The notes under the pieces: generated by a model
Database searches by the model: none
What the model saw: only the letters and a program-made list of their open reading frames with translations
Told to the model about the DNA's origin: nothing
Program-made: the position numbers and the translations under genes
Part shown: one piece after another, positions 52,658-62,345 of the stretch
How the letters are laid out: every line of letters begins with the position of its first letter
Numbering within the stretch: position 1 is the first letter of the stretch
NCBI GenBank assembly: GCA_963706285.1
Contig: CAVPLU010000010.1
Location: 96,001-160,000 of the forward strand
DNA: 64,000 nucleotides
Origin: Candidatus Bathyarchaeota archaeon
GTDB taxonomy: Archaea; Thermoproteota; Bathyarchaeia; 40CM-2-53-6
Direction: 5' to 3'

Positions 52658-52809
52658 ATCTTGTCGCCGCTCTTCTGACCATTACCGCGAGATATAGGTC
52701 ATTTCTAAGGTCTCTAGGGTTTCTTGGATCATCCAATCCATCCCAGGGATTGTCCTGTCAATTCTTGATTGCTCTATTCAAGGGATGAAGCGCATGCGTC
52801 TTTTCGACA

Positions 52810-53766
52810 CTAGTCTACATCCTGTCGTATACGTCGCACGAATGAATCAACAGACTCGGCAAAGGTTTCGCTTTGAATCTGTTTTCGTTTGACAATCAGG
52901 GATTCAACAACATTACAGCTCATCTTGGTGAGCTTACGCGTGAGGCTAGCTAGGAATCTTTGTTCGTCGAATCCTCCGCAACTCATGAACAGATAGAATC
53001 TGGGCTTATCGATGTTCCTCATCTTGTGAATGAATCTGTTGAGAGGTGGACAGCTTAAAGTCCACTTGGGAAACCCCAACAGAACCGCGTCATACTTGGA
53101 CAGGTCCATTTCCGCACCTGCTATGTCGACCTCAGAATTTGGGACGAATGAATATGCAAGCCAGTGAAGATACGATCTCTTGCGTGTCGGCACAATTTCC
53201 ACCGTCTCGACATCGTATCCTTGCAGCCTTTCCAACAAAGCTTCAGCGATGCGCTTGGTATCGCCTGTGTACGAGAAATACGCGACTAACAGTCTCGTCT
53301 GTCGTTTGAGGCTCACCTGCTTAGTCAACAAGAGTCTGTCGTCCCCGTTTGGAAACCAGTTCTTGTCAATCCGAGTGTCCGAGAATCCCATGGCGTGATA
53401 GAAACTTCGAGTTCTAGCATACGGCTCGTATTCTTCCGTGGGCGCAAGGGTCGACACTTGGAGCGATTGAATCCTCTGCTTTGCTAGCTCTTCCTCAATC
53501 GCTTCTACGAGTGCTCGACCTACGCCTTTTCGATGGATCTCCGGACGGACCGCAATCCAAGTCAGCTCCGCCGTCCTATCTTTGTCAGTCTGAAGATAGG
53601 TTGCAAAACCGACAACTTTCTTTTCTATTGCGACAAATCCATCTTGAGTTCGAACAGCTCGCGCAATCTCTTCTAATGCAGATTCGGTGAACCATTTCGG
53701 GTGGAGTGACCGTGCTATCTCCGCGATTGGCTCGTAATCCTCTGGGAGGATTCGCCTGGTCCGCAA
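52810..53766 (-). CDS. GNAT acetyltransferase-flavodoxin fusion
   Basis: WIAVRPEIHRKGVGRAL...FYHAMGF followed in frame by VAYFSYTGDTKRIAE...YDAVLLGFPKW. Confidence 0.7.
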   Translation of the reverse strand: MRTRRILPEDYEPIAEIARSLHPKWFTESALEEIARAVRTQDGFVAIEKKVVGFATYLQTDKDRTAELTWIAVRPEIHRKGVGRALVEAIEEELAKQRIQSLQVSTLAPTEEYEPYARTRSFYHAMGFSDTRIDKNWFPNGDDRLLLTKQVSLKRQTRLLVAYFSYTGDTKRIAEALLERLQGYDVETVEIVPTRKRSYLHWLAYSFVPNSEVDIAGAEMDLSKYDAVLLGFPKWTLSCPPLNRFIHKMRNIDKPRFYLFMSCGGFDEQRFLASLTRKLTKMSCNVVESLIVKRKQIQSETFAESVDSFVRRIRQDVD

Positions 53767-53776
53767 AATCGGTGTC

Positions 53777-54708
53777 TCAGGTTAGGAGTGATGCGAGGAT
53801 TCCTTTGGCGCCGTGGAACTTGTACTCGGCCTGTTTCCACGCTATGCTCTTCGGGCCATCAAGCACGTCAGCCGTGATCTCCTGGCCTCTGTGTGCAGGT
53901 AAGCAATGCATGACCACTGCGTCAGTTTTGGCTTTCGCGAGGAGCTCGTCGTCGATCTGGAACCCTTCGAAATCCATTAGCTTCTGTGCCTTGTCAGCGT
54001 CTTGTCCCATGCTCACCCAGACGTCTGTGTAGAGAATGTCAGCTTCCTCCACAGCCTCTGAGGGGTCATCGGTGTACCAGATCTTCGAGTTGTACTTCTG
54101 CGCCAGCGCGTTTGCTTCTGAGCAATTTCGGCGCTCGGCTGATATCCCGTAGGCGTTGCGATGGAGATGTTCATTCCCGTGGTTGCGCATGCGAGCATTA
54201 GCGAATTGCACACGTTGTTGCCGTCGCCGATCCAAGCGAGCTTGAGCCCTTCAAGTGAGCCCTTCGCATCTTCGATCGCTGCCAGGTCTGACAATGCTTG
54301 GGTTGGATGTTCAATGTCACTCAATGCGTTGATGACCGGGATACTTGCGTGCTCCGCGAGTTCAGCGAGAGTGTCATGATCCGATGTTCGGTAGACAAGC
54401 GCATCCAAATAACCTGACAGTACGCGTGCGGTGTCTTTGATGGGTTCTCCGCGCTTCAGTTGAAGTTCGTCCGGCCTCATGTAGAGTACGTTCGCTCCAA
54501 GTCTCATTGCGGCCGACTCGAAGCTAACTCTGGTTCGGGTGGACGGATGTTCGAACAACAGTCCCACAACACTTCCAGCTAGGATTCGAGCTGGCGTACT
54601 TCCTGGGGCTACAGGTTTCAGTTTCTTTATCGACTTGAGGACCGTCTGAATCTCAGATTTGTCGAAATCAGCAACAGAGAGGAGGTCTCTCCCTTTCAAC
54701 GCTGCCAT
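53777..54708 (-). CDS. argF: Ornithine carbamoyltransferase (one frameshift near 54100)
   Basis: PSTRTRVSFE, HPTQAL, IGDGNNV, YTDVWVSMG, MHCLPAHRG. Confidence 0.92.
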
Positions 54709-54794
54709 TATGCAATCACTCTGATTACAGGTTATGATTCAATGAGCATGGTGCGTGCTCTTTAAAGTACCACATGCGGAGGAAACGATCTAGC

Positions 54795-55112
54795 TTACTT
54801 CTTCACTTTGAGTTCAATGCCTACGGTTCTTTTGACGAGTTGCGCCAACGTGTCCGTGCTCGTCTTTGGGCCTTTCTTTGTAGGTATGGATACTACGAGC
54901 GGGTACTCCTTACGATGTTTCGCCAGCGCCGGCTGAACCCACTCCATCACAGGCTCGGTTACTAGCACAATAGAGACTGAATTATCCGAAAAGAACTGTG
55001 CTAATGCTTTTTCAGCTTCGGCGCGGTCCTTCACAAATCTGCTTTTCCTGATGCCTGAGACTTTGAAGTAGGCGGCGGTTTCTCGGTCTCCCAGCAATGC
55101 GATCTTAGTCAT
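54795..55112 (-). CDS. atpF: A/V-type ATP synthase subunit F
   Basis: KIALLGDRETAAYFKVSGI...PLVVSIP...VKRTVGIEL. Confidence 0.85.
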   Translation of the reverse strand: MTKIALLGDRETAAYFKVSGIRKSRFVKDRAEAEKALAQFFSDNSVSIVLVTEPVMEWVQPALAKHRKEYPLVVSIPTKKGPKTSTDTLAQLVKRTVGIELKVKK

Positions 55113-55136
55113 GTCTTGGAGTCAACTCCTCTTACA

Positions 55137-55604
55137 TTAGAACTGTTTCAGCACATCATCTTTTCCCATTATTCGTCCGCAATAGTGACAGCGTATCCTT
55201 AGAGGTTCAGCGACCTCGACTTTAAACTCGGAGGTCACCGGCTCACGCGCGTTTACCACACATGAGGGGTTGTTACACTTTATGATCCCCTTGATGATCC
55301 GTGGGAATTCCACGTGCTTCTTCGAGATAACCTCGTAGTCTCTAACGATGTTAATGGTTGCTTTCGGAGCGATAAGCGCGATCTTGTCAACCTCTTGAGG
55401 ATTCAGTTCTCTATCTTCTATCTTGACGATGTCTTTTCGTCCTAGGTCTTTGCTCTCAACGTTCAGGACGGCGCTGACGACTTCGCCTCGTTTCCCGTTG
55501 ATATCCAGCATGTGAAGAACATCAAGCGCATGTCCGGGGTCGATGTGATCGATTACTGTTCCATTCCGGATCTTCTTGACGTACAACTGGTCCTTGGATG
55601 ACAA
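55137..55604 (-). CDS. pyrI: Aspartate carbamoyltransferase regulatory subunit
   Basis: KIRNGTVIDHI, GRKDIVKIE, CNNPSC, CHYC. Confidence 0.95.
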   Translation of the reverse strand: MSSKDQLYVKKIRNGTVIDHIDPGHALDVLHMLDINGKRGEVVSAVLNVESKDLGRKDIVKIEDRELNPQEVDKIALIAPKATINIVRDYEVISKKHVEFPRIIKGIIKCNNPSCVVNAREPVTSEFKVEVAEPLRIRCHYCGRIMGKDDVLKQF

Positions 55605-55731
55605 ACGTTGCTCAGACTCGCTTGTGCAGAGGCCGCTATATATGAATTGGAACCCGCACTCAGATCGCCACCGTCAAAGTCTGCGCGGCTGGCGCTAGAT
55701 TATTTACCAAACCCTTGGCTTAGAGCTGTAG

Positions 55732-56661
55732 GTGGCTCCGGTGGAGTTCGCTGGAAGAGACATTGTATCAATCAGAGATTTCACACGTGAAGAGATCGAC
55801 TATGTTCTGAAGACGACCGATGGTCTCGAGCCTCTAGCTAGAAAAAGTTCAGACATGCTCCACGGCAAGATCCTCGCCACGGCTTTCTTCGAGCCAAGCA
55901 CGCGAACAAGGCTTAGTTTCGAATCGGCCATGTTTAGGCTCGGCGGAACGTGTATCGGGTTCGCGGATCCAAAAGCCGCCTCTGTCGAAAAGGGAGAGAA
56001 TCTGGCAGATACTGTGAGAGTCATCGAGAACTACGCTGATGCGCTGGTGATACGTCACCCACTTGAGGGCGCTGCGAGGCTAGCAGCTGAGTTCGCTTCG
56101 GTGCCTGTGATCAACGCGGGCAGCGGCGCGGAGGAGCACCCAACCCAGGCTTTGCTGGACCTCTACACTATGAAGCGTGAGAAGGGTAGAATCGATGGTC
56201 TAACAGTCGGGCTTGTCGGAGATCTGAGATATGGAAGGACTGTTCATTCGCTCGCCTACGCGCTTGCACAATACAATGTGAAACTACACTTGATCTCTCC
56301 AGACCAACTACGCATGAGAAGAGACGTGCTTGTAGAAGTTGAGAAGAAGATACGCGTCGAAGAGAGTACGAGTCTCAAGAAGCTTCTGCCGGAGCTTGAT
56401 GTCATCTATATGACGCGGATCCAGAAGGAGCGCTTTCCAGACCTTGCCGAATATGAGAAGGTGAGAGGAGTCTACAGGCTAGATGCGACAGAGCTGGAGT
56501 CGGCGAAGAAGGATGCGATTGTTATGCATCCTCTTCCGAGGGTTGACGAGATCAGCTCGGATGTTGACGGGACTTCTCACTCGAAATACTTCAAACAGGT
56601 GTGGTATGGACTTCTCACTCGCATGACTCTGATATCGCTAGTCCTTGGCGGAGTAAAGTAA
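55732..56661 (+). CDS. pyrB: Aspartate carbamoyltransferase catalytic subunit
   Basis: FFEPSTRTRLSFE, HPTQALLD, GDLRYGRTVHSL, MHPLPRVDEI. Confidence 0.96.
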   Translation: MAPVEFAGRDIVSIRDFTREEIDYVLKTTDGLEPLARKSSDMLHGKILATAFFEPSTRTRLSFESAMFRLGGTCIGFADPKAASVEKGENLADTVRVIENYADALVIRHPLEGAARLAAEFASVPVINAGSGAEEHPTQALLDLYTMKREKGRIDGLTVGLVGDLRYGRTVHSLAYALAQYNVKLHLISPDQLRMRRDVLVEVEKKIRVEESTSLKKLLPELDVIYMTRIQKERFPDLAEYEKVRGVYRLDATELESAKKDAIVMHPLPRVDEISSDVDGTSHSKYFKQVWYGLLTRMTLISLVLGGVK

Positions 56662-56677
56662 GGCTGCGACAGGCTTT

Positions 56678-56728
56678 CTGTTACCTCATGTAACAGTTTA
56701 TATTCCTGCAATGTTACCTACGGTAAAC
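56678..56728 (+). promoter_or_regulatory. Two TGTTAC-N5-GTAA(C/A) operator-like sites flanking a TATA box
   Basis: CTGTTAC-CTCAT-GTAACAG (56678-56696), TTTATATT (56697-56704), TGTTAC-CTACG-GTAAAC (56712-56728). Confidence 0.65.
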
Positions 56729-56736
56729 GAGGAACG

Positions 56737-57483
56737 TTGCAACTCGCAGTACTCAACACTCCAAGAATTGCCCGAGTCCGTCCAGTCCACGTTCTAGACT
56801 ACATGGCCTTCAGAGACACCTTCAGCTCCGAAACGAATGAAACCGAACTCCACATGCTGGAGAAATTCCAAGCGGCAAGGTCGATGATCCAGCAAGGCAT
56901 CCAGGACACATTCGTCTCACCTACCCTGAGAACAATCCCAGAGAGCGGTCGTGTCATAGAGGTTGACGTTTGCGGAATAGACCGCGACGATCTGCACCTC
57001 GTCTTCTGTGAAACAGGCCCTGTTAACGCGAATCTGCTTCAGAGCTTGGAGCTCGTGGAGGCCGCGGAAAACGCAGACGCGACTCTACTGTTTCCTTCAA
57101 GAACTGACACGAGCGAGATTGCTGAACAATTTCCCGAGGCGATAGAGTCTGGCAAATTCGAGGTTCAGCGTCTTCCGTGGCGCGAGCATGCTATCGACAG
57201 AACGTTCCGTGAGGCTTTGGAGATAATCGACCTGCTAGGAAATGAGACTAGAGTCCGCATGCTTGTGCCTCTGCTTGAGAGGTCGCACAGTAAGAGGCAG
57301 TATCGAGCAGAGATCAATCCTAAGCTCGTCTATGAGAACGTCACATCTTTGCTTACCCATCGACTCATCGATGAGCTCGACGACGACACCTATGGATTGT
57401 CACAAGCAGGCAGACAGATTTTCTGCGAATACATGGCGTTCTTGGAAAGAGTACGTCGAGTATTGGAGGAGAATAGAGAATGA
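56737..57483 (+). CDS. Hypothetical protein with C-terminal winged-HTH, putative regulator
   Basis: IDLLGNETRVRML...INPKLVYENVTSLLTHRLID...YGLSQAGRQI ArsR-like wHTH; N-terminal EVDVCG...VFCETG PD-(D/E)xK-like strands. Confidence 0.55.
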   Translation: MQLAVLNTPRIARVRPVHVLDYMAFRDTFSSETNETELHMLEKFQAARSMIQQGIQDTFVSPTLRTIPESGRVIEVDVCGIDRDDLHLVFCETGPVNANLLQSLELVEAAENADATLLFPSRTDTSEIAEQFPEAIESGKFEVQRLPWREHAIDRTFREALEIIDLLGNETRVRMLVPLLERSHSKRQYRAEINPKLVYENVTSLLTHRLIDELDDDTYGLSQAGRQIFCEYMAFLERVRRVLEENRE

Positions 57484-57965
57484 TAGAAGAAAATGAGATG
57501 AATGGTGCATTTGAGTTCCCGGAACGACTTTGGAAGCGACCAATGGAATTCCATGAAGGCAAGGCTCGCCCGCGTATCGCAGCTGCGAGCTACAATCAGG
57601 GAGTTTCCCACCCAGTGTTCGAAGATGAGACCGCTCCAACTGATCAAGAGCATGAAGATACAGCAGATCAGCCTGGCAAGGCTCTAGCAGAGCCTCAAGT
57701 GAGGGTTTCTACTGAGGCAGGGAATGCGAGAGTCACCGTCGAGTTGCCTTCAGCAGACAAGAATGATTTGAGTCTCCATTGCGCCGAGAACTCTCTTACT
57801 TTGTCGATTAAGACAGAGGCAGGCTCATGGGTGAAGGAGATTCCTTTGCCTTTTCGAGTCGATCCTGACACGGCGAAAGCTGTGTTCAGGAACAAGAAAC
57901 TGGAGTTGATTGTGAGAAAGCATGGAAGCTTCAATCCTCCTAGACCGAAAATAGATTGGGTGTGA
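57480..57965 (+). CDS. Hsp20/alpha-crystallin family protein
   Basis: VTVELPSADK...KEIPLPFRVDPDTAKAVFRNKKLEL. Confidence 0.8.
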   Translation: MIEENEMNGAFEFPERLWKRPMEFHEGKARPRIAAASYNQGVSHPVFEDETAPTDQEHEDTADQPGKALAEPQVRVSTEAGNARVTVELPSADKNDLSLHCAENSLTLSIKTEAGSWVKEIPLPFRVDPDTAKAVFRNKKLELIVRKHGSFNPPRPKIDWV

Positions 57966-58459
57966 GATTGACGACAGACGCTGCAGGACAATTGGACAAA
58001 TGCAAGAACTTTGGCGATGTCTTCGAGATTGTAAAGAAGACTGTAGAACACTCGCTGGGTCAGAGACGGTCAGGCTTGATGCTCTACCTGGCTGAGCTCC
58101 CTGATCAAATAGGGGCATTCCATGGAGTCGGCTCGAATGGAATTGTCATGAACAAGAGAGGGCTCGACGCAGTCACACATTCGGCTCGAACTCTTCGCGA
58201 GATCAACGCGTACGTCTACTCGATACTGCTTCACGAGTATCTGCATTCGCTAGGCTACATTGATGAGGGGCAGGTTAGGAAATTGGTTTTCGAGATTTCG
58301 AAGGATAATCTAGGCTCGGATCATCCGGCCACCGAGATCGCGCACAAAGGCCCTGCGATGATATTCCCAGGCGTCGGCGAACCTACTTCAGGAGAACATT
58401 CAGACAAAATGGAACTCATCACTGACTTCGATAGATCCACCAACAGCTACATCAAATAG
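57956..58459 (+). CDS. Archaeal HExxH zinc-metalloprotease-like protein
   Basis: ILLHEYLHSLGY. Confidence 0.65.
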   Translation: MGVRLTTDAAGQLDKCKNFGDVFEIVKKTVEHSLGQRRSGLMLYLAELPDQIGAFHGVGSNGIVMNKRGLDAVTHSARTLREINAYVYSILLHEYLHSLGYIDEGQVRKLVFEISKDNLGSDHPATEIAHKGPAMIFPGVGEPTSGEHSDKMELITDFDRSTNSYIK

Positions 58460-58666
58460 AATACCTGACTTGATGCTTGCTGATTGTTCAAGGAACGTGT
58501 TCTTGGTCCCGAGATTGTTAGGCACAAGCACGTTGCCCGAAGACAACAACTTGCCCAATCTTCGAAACGGCAAAGCGATTACTCAATCTGGAGCTTTCAC
58601 GCGAGTTGGAGCTTGCGGATTGAGGGAAAGATAGAATTAGGGAGCGGTCGTCCTGTTACGTCGCTT

Positions 58667-58759
58667 GGGGCCGTTGTCTAGCATGGTATGATACCCGGCT
58701 CGGGGCATTAAATGCGAGAGCCCGGGAGGCCGTGGGTTCAAATCCCACCGGCCCCACCA
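58667..58759 (+). tRNA. trnP: tRNA-Pro(CGG) with 16-nt canonical 37/38 intron (58705-58720) and encoded CCA
   Basis: Acceptor GGGGCCG/CGGCCCC; anticodon stem CCCGG/CCGGG; BHB with helix CTCG/CGAG and bulges GG^G and AG^C. Confidence 0.95.
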
Positions 58760-58821
58760 TTCTACAAGTTCAAATCAAATAACCATTAACTAGCGACCAG
58801 CGTTTTCTTTACTTGGTCTGC

Positions 58822-59259
58822 ATGGCGATGAGAAAGAGTGGTTCCCAGAGAGTCGAATCTGCATCTCGACTGATAGACGCGAGAATCCAGGAGCTAGGCG
58901 ACTGGCGCGGAGAGATGCTTTCCCGCCTCCGCGCTTTGATCAAGCAAGCCGACCCCAACGTGGTCGAGGAGGTGAAATGGAGGAAGCCATCGAACCCCGC
59001 CGGGGTTCCGGTGTGGTACGATGACGGGATCATTTGCACCGGCGAGACCTACAAGAACCACGTAAGGCTGACCTTCGCCAAGGGAGCTTCTCTCAAGGAC
59101 CCGAAAGGCCTCTTCAATTCTAGTCTCGAGGGTAGAGCGAGGCGTGCCATCGACTTCCGCGAAGGCGACAAGGTTAACGAGAAGGCTCTGAAAACTCTTA
59201 TTCGCGCCGCCGTGGCCCTGAACACGTCCTCGACCAGAAGCAGAGAGCGTAATACCTAG
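58822..59259 (+). CDS. DUF1801 (YdhG-like) protein
   Basis: LGDWRGEMLSRLRALIKQADP.VVEEVKW...GVPVW...TGETYK..V.LTFAKGASL.DP. Confidence 0.88.
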   Translation: MAMRKSGSQRVESASRLIDARIQELGDWRGEMLSRLRALIKQADPNVVEEVKWRKPSNPAGVPVWYDDGIICTGETYKNHVRLTFAKGASLKDPKGLFNSSLEGRARRAIDFREGDKVNEKALKTLIRAAVALNTSSTRSRERNT

Positions 59260-59395
59260 AGGATACAGGCGTGGAGCGCTTTTCACTTCAGCCGGTGGCT
59301 GCCTGTACATGATGAACAGAATTATCGACTCGTCAAAAGCGGCACCTCTTTCCCGGAGGCCGGCACCTCTTTTGAGTTGGAGTGCTAGTGTCGTT

Positions 59396-59830
59396 CTAAC
59401 CGGTGCTCGATCGAGCGAATTGAAGAGCGCCGTAGGCGGCGGGCATCCTCTGTTGAAGATATGGCAGTCTCTTTCTTTCTCTAGCAATATTTTCCAGATT
59501 AAGGCTAGCAGCAGCGAGGCTCGGTGTTCCCTTCGCGCGGGTCATTACGTGGCAATCGGGAGAGACTATTTGGCTATGACCGAAGAAGACAGTCCGCCCT
59601 TCTCGCCCGATCATGTTCGACATGCAAACAAATACTCCGTTCTCACCAGCGCGGCTGCGCAAGAAAGTGTCCACATGATTCTGAAAGGGCCTCATCTCAG
59701 CAGAAGGGAAGAAAATCATCTTAGCTCCGCCTAGTGCTAGGATCCTCGAAGGCTCCGGGAATTCTAGGTCATAGCAGATCCCGATTCCGATTTCTCCGAC
59801 ATGGCAAGTGCCAAATACACGCCAAGCGCA
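59396..59830 (-). pseudogene. Carbon-nitrogen hydrolase (nitrilase family), N-terminal half missing
   Basis: IGIGICYDLEFPE...SRAGEN...FFGHSQIVSPD; upstream sequence is occupied by the opposite-strand cupin. Confidence 0.7.
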
Positions 59831-59849
59831 TTCTGTTACGGCGACATCG

Positions 59850-60194
59850 ATGTCAGTCGTTCTTGTTAGGAAATCCGGGATAGTTCCCGAGAAGTTTGAG
59901 GCTGGAAAGGCTGATCTGAAACTCGTTGATGTGATCGATAGAAAACAAGAGGCACCGTTTACTGCTGGGATTCTTGAAGTCGTAGGATCGGAGCCGTGCG
60001 AGTTCGAATACGACAACGATGGTGCAGTAGTCTACTGTACTGAAGGATCGTTTCTGCTGAAAGAGGGACAAATTAAGACGGAAGTTCAAGCCGGCGATGT
60101 GGTGTACATACCGAAGAAGAAGGGGCTAAAGGTTGAGTGGTCCTCCCGGACTAGAGGTAAAGGCTTCTACGTTACCTATCCGCACTGGCGCTAG
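59850..60194 (+). CDS. EutQ-like cupin
   Basis: PFTAGILE...FEYDND...YCTEG...AGDVVYIPK...FYVTYPHW. Confidence 0.75.
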   Translation: MSVVLVRKSGIVPEKFEAGKADLKLVDVIDRKQEAPFTAGILEVVGSEPCEFEYDNDGAVVYCTEGSFLLKEGQIKTEVQAGDVVYIPKKKGLKVEWSSRTRGKGFYVTYPHWR

Positions 60195-61006
60195 CGTGCT
60201 ACATCCTCTACTTCTCTATACCACTTTTTCTTGGCGCCGACCCTAGCTCTGAGTTTCCACCCCATCGTCTTGGGCTGGTCCTCTATTGTCTTCAGAACTG
60301 TTTGTATTTTGCCTGATATGTCTGCTCGATCTTCATCGGTGAGTTCACCAAAGGATGGCAGGCGATCTTGGATCTTCTTGAGGTTCTCCGTGAAGGTGTA
60401 GTAGAATCCCCAGTCTTCTGACAGCATTCCTGCGACATGCTGGACATCAATTGTTTCAGGTGTCTCTTCGCCGATCGAGTGTTCACGAAGAAGCATGATC
60501 GTGTCGATGACATCTTTCTCGTTTATGTGGACAATCTGCATCTTTTCAAGGAACATATCCGCCAGTGGAATTGTCAACTCATCTATTTCGAGACGCTTCG
60601 CGAACGGAATTACATGGTTCATCTCGAGTTTGTCATAGAAGATGTCTGCGTGCATACCGTTCGATTTGTTATCCCAGATCATGCGCTGATGACCGAAAAG
60701 CGCTGTAATCATCGGTTGGTCAGCGTATCCGAATTCTCTCATCATCTTGTTGATTTCGGCTCTTTGCCCGCCGTAGGCTGCAAAATCAATGTCCGACAAC
60801 ACCCTACCAAGCTTCTTGGTGAGGTAGACATGCTTCGGGCAGTGAAACTGGAAAGCCAAAGCGCCGAGAAGTCGCAGCTGTAAGTCACGTTTTTTTCCCT
60901 CGGCAACTATGTGTGCAGCTTCTTCCATCATGAGTTTCTCGTTTTGTGCGATATCTTCTGGGCTCTGCACATAGCTGCCTCCAGAGCAGTCAGGAGATCT
61001 TGTCAC
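60191..61006 (-). CDS. Putative nucleotidyltransferase-fold protein
   Basis: LRLLGALAFQFHCP...RVLSDIDF (G-x-x-A...R-x-x-x-D-x-D), ADMFLEKMQIV..NEKD. Confidence 0.6.
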   Translation of the reverse strand: MTRSPDCSGGSYVQSPEDIAQNEKLMMEEAAHIVAEGKKRDLQLRLLGALAFQFHCPKHVYLTKKLGRVLSDIDFAAYGGQRAEINKMMREFGYADQPMITALFGHQRMIWDNKSNGMHADIFYDKLEMNHVIPFAKRLEIDELTIPLADMFLEKMQIVHINEKDVIDTIMLLREHSIGEETPETIDVQHVAGMLSEDWGFYYTFTENLKKIQDRLPSFGELTDEDRADISGKIQTVLKTIEDQPKTMGWKLRARVGAKKKWYREVEDVAR

Positions 61007-61210
61007 GGTATTTGTATTATTCGTCTCTCGAATTGAGAACGTCTGCAGCCGCCGTGGGTTCTTCTGAGAAACAAGTCATACTTACCCTATATAGCGCATC
61101 AACAAGGTCAATCCCACGGGCGGCACGGTTTTCGTGACACTGACTGTCAAAGAGATGTCGCGGCCAAAGGTTTAATCTTCATCAGCTCAACCGTTTCGGG
61201 CGGATCGACA

Positions 61211-62194
61211 GTGGCACAGGAAAGGTCGAAAAGAAAGTATCGGCGAGTCTTTTTCTCGACTGACCTTCACGCTTCTGAGATTGTTTTCAGGAAGTTCATC
61301 TCTGCCGCGAATTTCTATTCGGTAGACGCGCTAGTAATGGGTGGCGACGTTACAGGAAAAACAATCGTTCCTTTGGTCAGAGCCATTGACGGGAGTTTTC
61401 ATTTCAACTTTCAAGGACAGGAGTTTCAGCATGTCGCAGAGAAGGACGTGCCGGACTTTGAGACTAGGATATCGAATGCGGGGCTCTATCCCTATCGCGT
61501 TTTGGAGAATGAATACGAGAGCCTGCGTTCAGATCCGGCTAAAATCTCCGCGATCTCGGACACGTTGATGACTGAGCGCCTAGCCAGATGGGCGACTTTG
61601 GCTGAGGAGAACCTTGCTCCTCTAGATGTCAGATGCTACTGGACTGGTGGAAATGATGACTATCAGAAGGTTCTGGACGGCGTCAAGTCTAGTGAACATT
61701 TTGTGAATGCTGAGGATAGAGTAGTCCGCCTTGATAATGATCATGAGATGGTAAGTCTCGGATGGAGCAATGCTACTCCATGGAAAACCCCACGAGAATG
61801 TGACGAAGAAGTACTTGCCGAGAAACTCTGGAAAGTCATGAAGGAAGTCGGCGAACCATCAGGTTGTGTTCTGAACGTTCATCCGCCGCCTTATGATTCC
61901 GGGCTGGACATCGCACCCAAACTTGACACTAACTTTGATCCTCCCAGGGCAATAGTATCTGGGGGTCAGCAGGTGCTGATACCCGTTGGAAGCACAGCCG
62001 TTCGCGAAGTGATTGAGAAGACGCAGCCGCTTCTGACCTTATGTGGACATATTCATGAAACGAAGAACTCTTCTAAGATCGGCCGCACCATGTGCATTAA
62101 TCCAGGCTCCGAGTATGCGTCTGGGATTTTGCGCGGGGTGATTGTGAATCTGGTCAAAGACAAGGTACTGAGCTTTCAGCTGACTTCGGGGTAG
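61211..62194 (+). CDS. Icc-related metallophosphoesterase
   Basis: TDLHAS, GGDVTGK, GNDD, HPPP, CGHIHE, NPGSEY. Confidence 0.88.
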   Translation: MAQERSKRKYRRVFFSTDLHASEIVFRKFISAANFYSVDALVMGGDVTGKTIVPLVRAIDGSFHFNFQGQEFQHVAEKDVPDFETRISNAGLYPYRVLENEYESLRSDPAKISAISDTLMTERLARWATLAEENLAPLDVRCYWTGGNDDYQKVLDGVKSSEHFVNAEDRVVRLDNDHEMVSLGWSNATPWKTPRECDEEVLAEKLWKVMKEVGEPSGCVLNVHPPPYDSGLDIAPKLDTNFDPPRAIVSGGQQVLIPVGSTAVREVIEKTQPLLTLCGHIHETKNSSKIGRTMCINPGSEYASGILRGVIVNLVKDKVLSFQLTSG

Positions 62195-62345
62195 TTGGAA
62201 TCGATTGCGAGAGCATCCCAAGTTTCTGAGGGGAACAGATGAGGGTATGTTCTAAGACGTTTTAGAATTCACTTCCACGGAAAGTCCGGTATATACTGAC
62301 ATGGACTTAGTCTAATATAGTCAGCCTTACGCGATAACTGCGTTT

